The notes below the pieces were generated by a model. The model was not told the origin of the DNA, searched no databases, and saw only the letters and a list, made by a program, of their open reading frames with translations. A DNA stretch of 62,850 nucleotides, counting the filler, from Nitrospinae bacterium RIFCSPLOWO2_12_FULL_45_22 (GTDB lineage: Bacteria; 2-12-FULL-45-22): the NCBI GenBank assembly GCA_001803565.1. It is 7 parts of 7 records of this genome, joined end to end, with 100 filler letters (N's around TTAATTAATTAA, not from the genome) between each part and the next. Parts side by side here need not be neighbours in the genome. Positions count along the whole stretch, not along the records: positions 14,573 to 32,003 come from MHDQ01000179.1; 6 more parts are not named here. One strand, 5' to 3'. Shown in pieces: positions 19,956 through 28,496 of this stretch. The translations under genes and the position numbers were made by a program. Position 1 is the stretch's first letter. Each line of letters begins with the position of its first letter.

Positions 19956-20297
19956 AATTTACTCTTGACATATTACTTTGGTGACCAATGAGCGCATATA
20001 TAGAAACCGGAAATTTTTTTGACATAAAAAATTCGTAATCATTCACCGCAGAGCACGCAGAGGACACAGAGGAAAACTCCTGTAGCTCAAGGCTTTAGCC
20101 TTGAGCAACCCTAAAGGGTTGAGTTACGGTCCTGGGTAACTCAGGGCTGAAGCCTGGCCCATATTTAATTCAGAATGGTTAAAAATTTATCGAACTATTG
20201 AATCCCCAAAAATATTTAACGTGCCCTAATGTCAACTTTTTTATTGGTTTGCAGATAACTTGTTCAATAAGAACCAACTTCGTATATACCTCCCTTG

Positions 20298-20418
20298 TTG
20301 AGTTTCTTGGCCGTCTATAAATGCTTCCCAGCCGGGATAATATACCTCGCTCAAGATCAACAGGTTAGGGGAGTATCCTTATCAACAGATACCACAACCA
20401 CGAGATTTAGGGGAAAAG
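20298..20418 (-). pseudogene. Remnant of a YfhO-family membrane protein C-terminus
   Basis: Minus strand 20363-20301 encodes LLILSEVYYPGWEAFIDGQET, matching the YfhO LVLSExYYPGWxAxVDG pattern; the upstream part is out of frame. Confidence 0.6.
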
Positions 20419-20422
20419 CTTC

Positions 20423-21418
20423 TTACACTCTCTTGGTGCCTTCGTGCCTCAGTGGCAGAGAACGGTTACCCGATTCATTTATTAGCTTACGTTGGGTAAG
20501 GGATAGAGCTATCATTCCTACTACGACTCCGAACCAGAGGGTGCAGGCCCTGATAATAAAGGTACTGGCTACAGCCAGATGTTTAGGGATATTTAACGCC
20601 AGCAAGAACCCGGTAATACTGCCTTCTGTTGCCCCCAATCCTCCTGGTAGCATACTGAGGGCCCCGATCAAGGTAGAGAAGGCATAGATAAATACCGAAC
20701 TATTCAGGGAATACGATAGATTAAATCCATAAAAAACCAGATAAAAACCAAGACATTCACAAAACCAGGCCAAACAGCTTATCAATACAGTACAGATTAA
20801 TGCCTTAGGCATAATCAAGCTGGACATACTATCATAAGCGGTCTCTAATCTGGCTGCCCCTTTAGAAATCAGGGGCCATTTAGTTAACCACTTAATCAGG
20901 CCCAAAGAGAGGGGTGGCCAGCCTACCATGACCATAAAGAGTCCCATGAGCCCAAAACTGATCCCCAGGGTCTGGAGGCCATATCTGAAGGTTGTTACCC
21001 CAAAGACCGAGAGTAAGGCAATAGACATAAAATCGGTAAATCTCTCGGCCAAGACGATTGGGGCCGAGCGGCTGATGGGGGTGCCATTTATCTCTTTAAG
21101 GAGGTACGACTTCAACACTTCTCCCATCTTGCCGGGGGTAATAGCCATGGTCAGGCCTGAGATAAAGATAGCAAGACTCTCTTTTTGAGAAATCCTGATA
21201 TCTAGAATGTGCAGATAATAGCTCCATTTGAGATACCTAAAGAGATAATTAGCTAATACCAGGAGTAATATCAGCGGCAAGTAGCGCCAATTAAAGGCTT
21301 GAAAGGCCCGGATAGTCTGCTCAAAATCGGCATAGAAACTAAAGCCCAAAAATACCGCTACGCCTAATATCAGGGAGATGAGGAACCGCTTGTGCCAGGA
21401 AGAGTTAATACCGTTCAA
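20423..21418 (-). CDS. Lysylphosphatidylglycerol synthase-like transmembrane (flippase-like) protein
   Basis: TPGKMGEVLKSY, AERFTD, LPGGLGATE and FIIRACTLWF. Confidence 0.85.
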   Translation of the reverse strand: MNGINSSWHKRFLISLILGVAVFLGFSFYADFEQTIRAFQAFNWRYLPLILLLVLANYLFRYLKWSYYLHILDIRISQKESLAIFISGLTMAITPGKMGEVLKSYLLKEINGTPISRSAPIVLAERFTDFMSIALLSVFGVTTFRYGLQTLGISFGLMGLFMVMVGWPPLSLGLIKWLTKWPLISKGAARLETAYDSMSSLIMPKALICTVLISCLAWFCECLGFYLVFYGFNLSYSLNSSVFIYAFSTLIGALSMLPGGLGATEGSITGFLLALNIPKHLAVASTFIIRACTLWFGVVVGMIALSLTQRKLINESGNRSLPLRHEGTKRV

Positions 21419-22484
21419 AGAGTTGTCCCCATATGGTCTTTTTGAAGTCAGAGATGCGCTTTTTACCGATGGTAGGATACCAGAGATAATCGTGATAGAT
21501 ATTAGAGGCTATCGGGGCCCAAAATACTAAAGGTGAATGGAGGAGGGGCTTTTCTAAGAATCTTAGCGGCCCTATCCGCAGCAACTGGTCTCCCCAGATG
21601 ACTAAACTCCGGTTTGTATTAAAGCCAAAGTTTACCCCGGAGATATCTTCTCCGATAAGCTCGATTTCATTCATATCGCCTATCCCCAAACCTTTTTCGT
21701 GACAGAGGCCGATATAAGGGATATCCATGGGGTTGTAGCCCATCATCCTGGCTGCTACCGCATCAATGGCGACAGAATCGCCACTGGCCAGGATAAAATT
21801 CTTTATTTTAGGTATCATGGTCCTGGGCCCGGCACCATCACCGCATACCGTACCATCCATCACGGTGAAGATACCCGGGTGAAGTTCTTTCTGCATGATC
21901 ATAAGATCCACCAGTACCTCATGGATATATTTATGCGCATAGTGTCTTACCTCTTTTAACAGCCCACCAAAAGAGTTTTTTACGGCACCAGTAATAGTAG
22001 AATGTCCATGCGTCTTTATAGTAGGCAGGTGGATAACACTCTTGCCGATAAACATCCTGGGTATCTCGATCCCTTCAGGGAATATCTGATTCAAGCGTAG
22101 TAGCTTGCCTTTGAAGGGGTATTTTACCCACTCTACCTCGGGCAGGGGGATAAAAGGGAGTCCGTATCTATCCAGGATAGGTAACCATTTATTATGGATA
22201 GCGCCTTTCCTGGGGTTAGTGACCACGGTTTTGTTCTCTACCGGGAAGAGTTTAGTAGGCAGGAATTGATCCCCCAATAGGGTTTTTACTACCCCTTCTA
22301 GTTGCCAGGGCTCAGTGGAGCATGCCGGGAAATACTTGGTCCAGGAAAGATTTATCTTTATTAAAGTATCATGCCCCTGGGAGATAAAGTCCTGGTATTC
22401 TGCCAGGTGCATCAACCGCTTATAATCATCCAGGACTGTTTCCGGGCTAGTCTTTAATACTACAACCCTGGCTCTTTTCGGCAT
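21405..22484 (-). CDS. DUF362-domain protein
   Basis: IKINLSW, HLPTIKTH...TGAVKN, VMDGTVCGDGAGP and DSVAIDAVAARMMG. Confidence 0.85.
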   Translation of the reverse strand: MPKRARVVVLKTSPETVLDDYKRLMHLAEYQDFISQGHDTLIKINLSWTKYFPACSTEPWQLEGVVKTLLGDQFLPTKLFPVENKTVVTNPRKGAIHNKWLPILDRYGLPFIPLPEVEWVKYPFKGKLLRLNQIFPEGIEIPRMFIGKSVIHLPTIKTHGHSTITGAVKNSFGGLLKEVRHYAHKYIHEVLVDLMIMQKELHPGIFTVMDGTVCGDGAGPRTMIPKIKNFILASGDSVAIDAVAARMMGYNPMDIPYIGLCHEKGLGIGDMNEIELIGEDISGVNFGFNTNRSLVIWGDQLLRIGPLRFLEKPLLHSPLVFWAPIASNIYHDYLWYPTIGKKRISDFKKTIWGQLFERY

Positions 22485-22528
22485 CCCATAGCTCCTTTCC
22501 TTACAGGAACATTAATGATAAATTTTAT

Positions 22529-22649
22529 GAAACACTCGCAGAATACCCCGCCATTCATGGCGGGGATGAATGCGAAGCGGGGGTATGGGGGATGCAATCC
22601 CCCTCCTTGCCTTTTAAGAAGCCCCGCCTTTCAAGGCGGGGAGCTTCAC
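22529..22649 (+). mobile_element. Non-autonomous IS200/IS605-family remnant (PATE-like, both ends and no ORF)
   Basis: Left hairpin CCCCGCCATTCATGGCGGGG (22546-22565); right end AAGCCCCGCCTTTCAAGGCGGGGAGCTTCAC; preceded by TTTAT; no TSD. Confidence 0.75.
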
Positions 22650-22762
22650 AATGGATTCAAGTAAAGAATTAAAAAAAGCTATATTTCCCGCTAAAGAGGA
22701 TTCGTCCATGGACAATTTTTTGCGTTCTCTGCGCCTCTGCGGTGCATAACTCGTGCCTATAA

Positions 22763-23449
22763 TTAATCAACAAAGCGGTATTTAATAAGGGTCCAGAGGG
22801 CCGAGAAACCGTCTTTCCAGGTAATCTTTTTCCCCTCATGATATTCCCTACCAGCATAGGATATCGGTACCTCATATATCCGGATATTTTTCTTCAAGAC
22901 CTTTGCTGTTACCTCGGGCTCAAAATTGAACCGATTTGCCTTTAGCTTGATCCCTTTTATTATCTCCGCCTTCCATACTTTATATCCAGTTTCCATATCA
23001 CTCAGGGTAGTATTGTATAATATATTGGCAATTAAAGTCAGGAGTTTATTGCCGACCCAATGGTGGAAGAAGATATTGCGGTGCTCTCCAGTGAAGCGAG
23101 AGCCATAAACCACCTCGGCCTTCCCATCCAGGATGGGCCTTAATAGCTTAGGGTAATCCTGCGGGTCATACTCCAGGTCTGCATCCTGAACCAGTAAATA
23201 GTCTCCAGTCGCTTGTCTAAAGCCAGTTTTAAGGGACGCTCCTTTCCCTTTATTAGTTTCATGAGCCACTAGTAGTATCCCATTGGCCCTTTCTTGTTCC
23301 AGTATCTCCCGGGTACCATCAGTAGAGGCATCGTCAACGACAATAATCTCTTTTTCTACTCCCGGCAAATCTACCGCCCTTACTCGTCTCAGAATATCTT
23401 TGATAGTATTTTTCTCATTAAAAGCCGGGATAATGATAGAAAGCTTCAT
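22763..23449 (-). CDS. Glycosyltransferase family 2 (polyprenol-phosphate mannose synthase-like)
   Basis: LSIIIPAFNE, VDDASTDGT, NKGKG, QDADLEYDP and DMETGYK; true start MKLSII at 23449. Confidence 0.9.
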   Translation of the reverse strand: MKLSIIIPAFNEKNTIKDILRRVRAVDLPGVEKEIIVVDDASTDGTREILEQERANGILLVAHETNKGKGASLKTGFRQATGDYLLVQDADLEYDPQDYPKLLRPILDGKAEVVYGSRFTGEHRNIFFHHWVGNKLLTLIANILYNTTLSDMETGYKVWKAEIIKGIKLKANRFNFEPEVTAKVLKKNIRIYEVPISYAGREYHEGKKITWKDGFSALWTLIKYRFVD

Positions 23450-23546
23450 CTTTTGTTTTGCTCTGAAAATAACACTTTTGGCAGGCGAGACGCCTGCCCT
23501 ATTGGTGGAGGTGGTCCCAAATGGATAGGTCAGGCATCTTGCCTGA

Positions 23547-23681
23547 CTAGTGTATCGTTTCATAAAAACATTTACACTACTGTCATTTCGAGTGAAACGA
23601 GAAATCTTTTCCATATCAATGAGATAGAAAGATTTCTCCCTATGGTCGAAATGACAATCTTTTAATGAAACGCTATACTAG
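23547..23681. mobile_element. CTAG-bounded MITE with an internal GTCATTTCGA...TCGAAATGAC hairpin
   Basis: CTAGTGTATCGTTTCAT / ATGAAACGCTATACTAG ends; second copy at 52004-52136. Confidence 0.75.
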
Positions 23682-23970
23682 TTTTCATATTTTTATAGCA
23701 GATAATGCTGGAATGGGCAAGGTAAAAAACTAATTGGAGTTCCCCCCCAAACTTTTATACCTGAAAGGTATAATTGCATGACCATTAATGGTTTTAGGAA
23801 ATTAGAAATCTGTGATTAAACCCGATGGCTATCTGGCAGCTTAATAGTGCTTTTATTTCCTGCCAGACAACTGATTGCTAAATATTAGTTTTGAGTGCTT
23901 TCGTAATAGCCTCTGGTGGCACATTAACAAATCATGCCGCTGAAATGCTTGACAGATAAAGATTTATCGA

Positions 23971-24090
23971 GGCCAAAAAATTGGCCTTTTCGGCCAACTT
24001 TTTGGCCACTATGGCTCAAACTGGCCACAGTAAAGGGATTACGAGTCAGCAAAAGGTAAAATTTCGATTTTCGCGGCCAACTTTTTGGCC
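23971..24090. promoter_or_regulatory. Three GGCCAA-N4/5-TTGGCC palindromes, candidate enhancer sites for a sigma54 activator
   Basis: 23971-23986, 23992-24007 and 24075-24090; the last two lie in an exact 17-bp direct repeat, about 140-250 bp upstream of a sigma54 motif. Confidence 0.5.
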
Positions 24091-24226
24091 TTTTTGAAGG
24101 GAGCCAGTATCCTTAATTTTGCCCCAAAAATTTTTTAAATTTTTTGAACTCCTTCTTCAGATAGCTTTGTCTTTGCAAAATTTCGCAATCTTACCAAGGA
24201 TTATTCTCCATATCTGGTCCCTTATG

Positions 24227-24242
24227 TGGCACATAATTTGCT
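24227..24242 (+). promoter_or_regulatory. Sigma54 (-24/-12) promoter
   Basis: TGGCAC-ATAAT-TTGCT is an exact consensus match. Confidence 0.8.
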
Positions 24243-24416
24243 TCTAATAAACCCATAGTAAGAGCCAACCAACTTGTAATAAGCAGCATTCCAAATATTC
24301 TTTCTTCAAGAAGGAGGTGAAGCGGGGAAGAAACGTAGAGCAATCTTGTCCATGCAAGACTCTAAAAAGTGCAAGAGTTTAGTTAGTAAAAATACCGTAT
24401 CAAGGAGGTGATAGAT

Positions 24417-25214
24417 ATGTCTTTTAATTATGATGTATGGGGAATGGCGATAAGTTTTGCCCAAAACTATCCCAAAGGATATAAAAAGGTTTCTATGATT
24501 TATGGAGGGGGGAGTATACATCTATCAGAAAAGAAGCCCGATGACTTCAACCTAGTCATTTTTGAAGATGAAGATCCTCCAGGTAGCGGACTCCGAGTTT
24601 ATACAGCATTGAGAACCGCCTTAGGCGGTTTATATTTTGTTGAAACGGGGGAAAAAGCAGAGGGTGTTCTTATTATACAAATGTATCCCGGAGTTCAGTT
24701 ATGGCCTACATGGCTACAATTACCCGAGAGTGTAGGGCAGGAATTCAGGTATCCTAATCCGCCCAATGCAGAAATAAGGCACCTGGGTCCTTCATGTGAA
24801 ATTAGAGCTACATATCCACCCCACTACAACAATTTTAGAAATTGCATCTTATGGTATGGTGATATTAATGTGACCAATAATTACGAAGGGCAACCTAACT
24901 GGACAATTTATCCACCTGAATCAGGTATGAATGGTATGGGTGTGAGAAAAGTTGTTGTTACTATTAGTTATCCCAATGATAATAACCTTTCTGAATGGTC
25001 TGCTGCAGATTGTGGGCCTGGGGGAGCAGAGGGTCAACCGACCTTTGGGGTATTAGCTTATGGCCACTTTAGGTTTATCGGTACAGATAAAGAAAGTCAA
25101 TGGAAAAATCAAAATTATTATGAAAGATTATCAGAAGTTTGGTGGGGTAATTATACCTCTGGTCCCGTTGATTTATTCTTACGATCCTGTGCATATGGAG
25201 ACCGGTGGTATTGA
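24417..25214 (+). CDS. Hypothetical protein
   Basis: Long ORF with an AAGGAGG RBS; no motif recognised; rich in P/G/Y/W/N. Confidence 0.7.
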   Translation: MSFNYDVWGMAISFAQNYPKGYKKVSMIYGGGSIHLSEKKPDDFNLVIFEDEDPPGSGLRVYTALRTALGGLYFVETGEKAEGVLIIQMYPGVQLWPTWLQLPESVGQEFRYPNPPNAEIRHLGPSCEIRATYPPHYNNFRNCILWYGDINVTNNYEGQPNWTIYPPESGMNGMGVRKVVVTISYPNDNNLSEWSAADCGPGGAEGQPTFGVLAYGHFRFIGTDKESQWKNQNYYERLSEVWWGNYTSGPVDLFLRSCAYGDRWY

Positions 25215-25231
25215 AACCGGAGGGGAAAACT

Positions 25232-25570
25232 ATGTTTTTATTAAAACCTTTAGATGCAATGGAGGGGACTTACATGGTATTTTTAAAGAATGTCGCTCAT
25301 GATACATCAAAAGGCGGAGGAGGTGGATGGAGTTTCTTATACTTTAGGGTAAATAAGTCGGTGATGCCCGCGAAACCTTCCTCTTATATTGGGGAGTTGG
25401 TCTATCCAGGCCCGGATGGTGGTGCTACTTCGGTAATAAAAATGGATTCTATGAATACCGCCCTGGATTTTGGAGACTATTGGATATTGCAGTTTGAATA
25501 CCGAACCATTGACGGATCATCAGTGCCGAACGCACCATATGTGGCTAATATCGTAGCCTACTTTGGTTGA
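25232..25570 (+). CDS. Hypothetical protein
   Basis: GGAGGGG RBS before the ATG at 25232; follows the previous ORF on the same strand. Confidence 0.6.
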   Translation: MFLLKPLDAMEGTYMVFLKNVAHDTSKGGGGGWSFLYFRVNKSVMPAKPSSYIGELVYPGPDGGATSVIKMDSMNTALDFGDYWILQFEYRTIDGSSVPNAPYVANIVAYFG

Positions 25571-25692
25571 TGCCAAAAAGACTATAAATGCAGAGCAAGC
25601 TTTGTCACAATAGCTTTAAAAATAGGTTGCAGTGGCTAAGCTTGCTCGATTCCGTCCATGGCATCTTACTGTTCTTAGTGGCCTGAACTATT

Positions 25693-27930
25693 ATGCTTAA
25701 CATTATTCAATATTTAGTAATTCTGAGGATAAAAATCATACTGTCTGTGGAAAAAGTAATAAGGCGGAAATATGTCTTGCTTTCTCTTCTAGGCATAGTA
25801 ATCAGCCTTATCCTAATACCTAGTCAGGCTTTAACTGAACCCAACACCTATATAAGGATATGGCCAGAGTTACCCGGGCCCTGGTATTTCAGATACCCTG
25901 AAGGGATAGCAATAGACAGGGATAATAATGTCTATATAGGTGATGGTTATAGTCACATCCAGAAATTTGACGCCAATGGCCGATTGATCTCCAAATGGGG
26001 TGGCTATGGCAGTGGCGATGGCCAGTTTATCCGCTCTCGAGGGATAGCAATAGATAATTCAGGAAATGTTTATGTAGTTGATAATGGTAATAACAGAATC
26101 CAGAAATTTGATGCTAATGGTCGCTTTATCAGGAAATGGGGCGAATATGGTAGCAGCGATGGCCAGTTTGAATACCCTGAAGGGATAGCGATAGATAGTT
26201 CGGGGAATGTTTATGTAGCTGATACTTACAATCATAGGATCCAGAAATTTGATCCCAATGGTAACTTTATCACTAAATGGGGCAGTTATGGTAGCGGTGA
26301 TGGCCAGTTTATTTGGCCGAAGGGCGTTGCTGTAAACTTTGCTGGTGACGTATATGTAGGTGAAGATTATATAGCTGATAGCGGTAATCACAGGATTCAG
26401 AAATTTGATGCTAATGGTCGCTTTATCAGGAAATGGGGCGAATATGGTAGCAGCGATGGCCAGTTTAACCACCCTGAATGGATAGCTATAGATGGTTCAG
26501 GGAATGTTTATGTGGCTGATACCTACAACTTTAGGATTCAGAAGTTTGATCCCAATGGTAATTTTATTACTAAATGGGGCAGCTATGGTAGTGGCGATGG
26601 CCAGTTTTCTAGTATTAGCGGGATAGCGGTGGGCAGCTTAGGGAAAGTCTATGTTGTGGATTTCGGCAATAACCGAGTCCAGAATTTTGACACTGAGGGT
26701 AACCTAATCGCAAAATGGCAAAGCAGTGGTATTAGTGATGGCTATTTCACTAACCCCGGAGATGTAGCGATAGATAGTTCAGGGAATGTGTATGTAGCCG
26801 ATAGCGGCAATCATAGAATCCAGAAGTTTGATGCCGACGGCAGGCTCATTACTAAATGGGGCAGTGAAGGTACTGGTGACGGTGAGTTTAAATATCCAGC
26901 CAGGGTAGGAGTGGATAGTTTAGGAAAGGTCTATGTGTTAGATAGTGTAGATAGTGGCAATCGTAGGGTCCAGAGGTTTGACGCCAATGGCCAGTTCATT
27001 ACAAAGTGGGAAGTCGGGGGGATGGTTGGTAGTGGTCCTGTCATTGGTATCTTAGATATGGCAGTAGATAATTCAGGTAATGTGTATCTTGCAGATAATT
27101 ATTATTATCGGTTTTATAATTTTATTAATGGCCGAATCTTGAAGTTTGATTCCAACGGTAAATTCATTACTGAATGGGAGAGGGCTGACGTATGGTGGCA
27201 GCCAATGGGAATAGCGGTAGACAATATGGGTTCTGTGTATGTTGCCGATAGGGTTAATAAAGAAATTGTTAAGTTTGACTCCAACGGAGGCTTTATTACT
27301 AAATGGGGGGGCAGGGGTAGTGGAACCGGTCAGTTCTCTGAACTGTGGGCAATAGCAGTAGATAGCGCCAGCAATGTCTACGTAAATGCTGATTCCCAAA
27401 TCCAGAGGTTTGACTCGGGTGGTGGCTTTATCACTAAATGGGGCAGTTATGGCGGTGATATTCTTCAGTTCGGTGGAAGTGTCGAGATAGCGGTAGACAA
27501 TTCGGGCAATGTTTATGTAGCTGATAGCGTTAATAACCGTATCCAGATTTTCCCACCGAATCCCTCTATAATGTTGCATCTTAATAATGATAGCTTCCGG
27601 CCAGATGGTATATTGGATTTATCTATCGACATCTGGGCAGGTACTGATAATTATATTGCCGATGCATATTTAGCCCTACTAGCACCTGATGGCAGGCTCT
27701 TCTTCTGGGGTCCGAGATTGAAGAGTTTCAGTGAGAAAGTCCAACCTGTATGTAGCTCCTGTGCGGTAGAGAATTATTCGGAAGTTATTATGTCCATACC
27801 TCTTGATGCCTCTATCACTATCGGACTCTATACTTTCTATGCGGTGCTGACCAAGGTAGGAAGTAATCCTCTGGAGCAAAATAATTGGCTCAGCAATCTA
27901 GCTCAAGCTACCTGTAAGTTTACAAAATAA
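25693..27930 (+). CDS. Secreted NHL-repeat beta-propeller protein with a C-terminal Ig-like domain (start may be GTG at 25747)
   Basis: About 12 repeats of F..P.GIAIDSSGNVYVADT.NHRIQKFD.NG.FITKWG; N-terminal signal peptide (LIPSQA). Confidence 0.9.
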   Translation: MLNIIQYLVILRIKIILSVEKVIRRKYVLLSLLGIVISLILIPSQALTEPNTYIRIWPELPGPWYFRYPEGIAIDRDNNVYIGDGYSHIQKFDANGRLISKWGGYGSGDGQFIRSRGIAIDNSGNVYVVDNGNNRIQKFDANGRFIRKWGEYGSSDGQFEYPEGIAIDSSGNVYVADTYNHRIQKFDPNGNFITKWGSYGSGDGQFIWPKGVAVNFAGDVYVGEDYIADSGNHRIQKFDANGRFIRKWGEYGSSDGQFNHPEWIAIDGSGNVYVADTYNFRIQKFDPNGNFITKWGSYGSGDGQFSSISGIAVGSLGKVYVVDFGNNRVQNFDTEGNLIAKWQSSGISDGYFTNPGDVAIDSSGNVYVADSGNHRIQKFDADGRLITKWGSEGTGDGEFKYPARVGVDSLGKVYVLDSVDSGNRRVQRFDANGQFITKWEVGGMVGSGPVIGILDMAVDNSGNVYLADNYYYRFYNFINGRILKFDSNGKFITEWERADVWWQPMGIAVDNMGSVYVADRVNKEIVKFDSNGGFITKWGGRGSGTGQFSELWAIAVDSASNVYVNADSQIQRFDSGGGFITKWGSYGGDILQFGGSVEIAVDNSGNVYVADSVNNRIQIFPPNPSIMLHLNNDSFRPDGILDLSIDIWAGTDNYIADAYLALLAPDGRLFFWGPRLKSFSEKVQPVCSSCAVENYSEVIMSIPLDASITIGLYTFYAVLTKVGSNPLEQNNWLSNLAQATCKFTK

Positions 27931-28231
27931 GCATGATCGTACCCAGAAGTAATACTGATATACTCATCCTTAGAACCCTCGGTCCCCAAAATTAGTTCAT
28001 CGCGGCCAAGAGACTATCGAGCATGAGGAAGCTAGGTTTTTTAATATTATGCCTTTGCCGCCTTGGCTGCACCTAGCTCTACCCAGAGCGGCTCTCCCCA
28101 ACTCCTCAGCCCCATCAACCTGGCATATTTTGATTTTAGCCATTAATGTTTAAGCTCCAGCACTATGTATCAGGCATCAATTGATAAAGGTGAGTTAAAA
28201 GCGGTACACTTTTATCCTGGAGGTGATAGGA

Positions 28232-28456
28232 GTGCCGGCAAAGAACCCTAGGATTAATCTGGTACTAGAAAAATCCCTTTATGATTATATTAAGTACCTT
28301 GCTAAAAAGGAAGGTGTATCTTTATCGCTAAAAGCCCGCGATTTATTAAAAGATGCATTAGAAGCAAGAGAAGATATGGCTTTAGCGAAAATTGCGGGAG
28401 ATAGAGAAAAGACCTTCGACAAATCTAAGGCTTTAACCCATAGCCAGGTCTGGTAA
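28232..28456 (+). CDS. Ribbon-helix-helix antitoxin (RelB/CopG-like)
   Basis: PAKNPRINLVLE..LYDYIKYLAKKEGVSLSLKARDLLKDALE..ED.ALA...ALTHSQVW; GGAGG RBS. Confidence 0.75.
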   Translation: MPAKNPRINLVLEKSLYDYIKYLAKKEGVSLSLKARDLLKDALEAREDMALAKIAGDREKTFDKSKALTHSQVW

Positions 28457-28457
28457 T

Positions 28458-28495
28458 TTGGCTTTTGAACTGAAATATCATTCTGACGTTAATCT
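28458..28495 (+). pseudogene. Stub of a RelE/ParE-type toxin gene
   Basis: TTG start 1 nt after the antitoxin stop; MAFELKYHSDV resembles RelE N-termini, then runs into the convergent gene. Confidence 0.45.
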
Positions 28496-28496
28496 G

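Noticed and set aside
23450-23614. N-terminal extension of the GT2 ORF (likewise 11511-11573 of cinA, 15671-15745 of the GT4 and 35428-35520 of the transposase)
   Set aside because: These are upstream in-frame starts running through repeats or neighbouring genes; family homology and, where visible, RBS or stop-start overlap point to the downstream ATGs.
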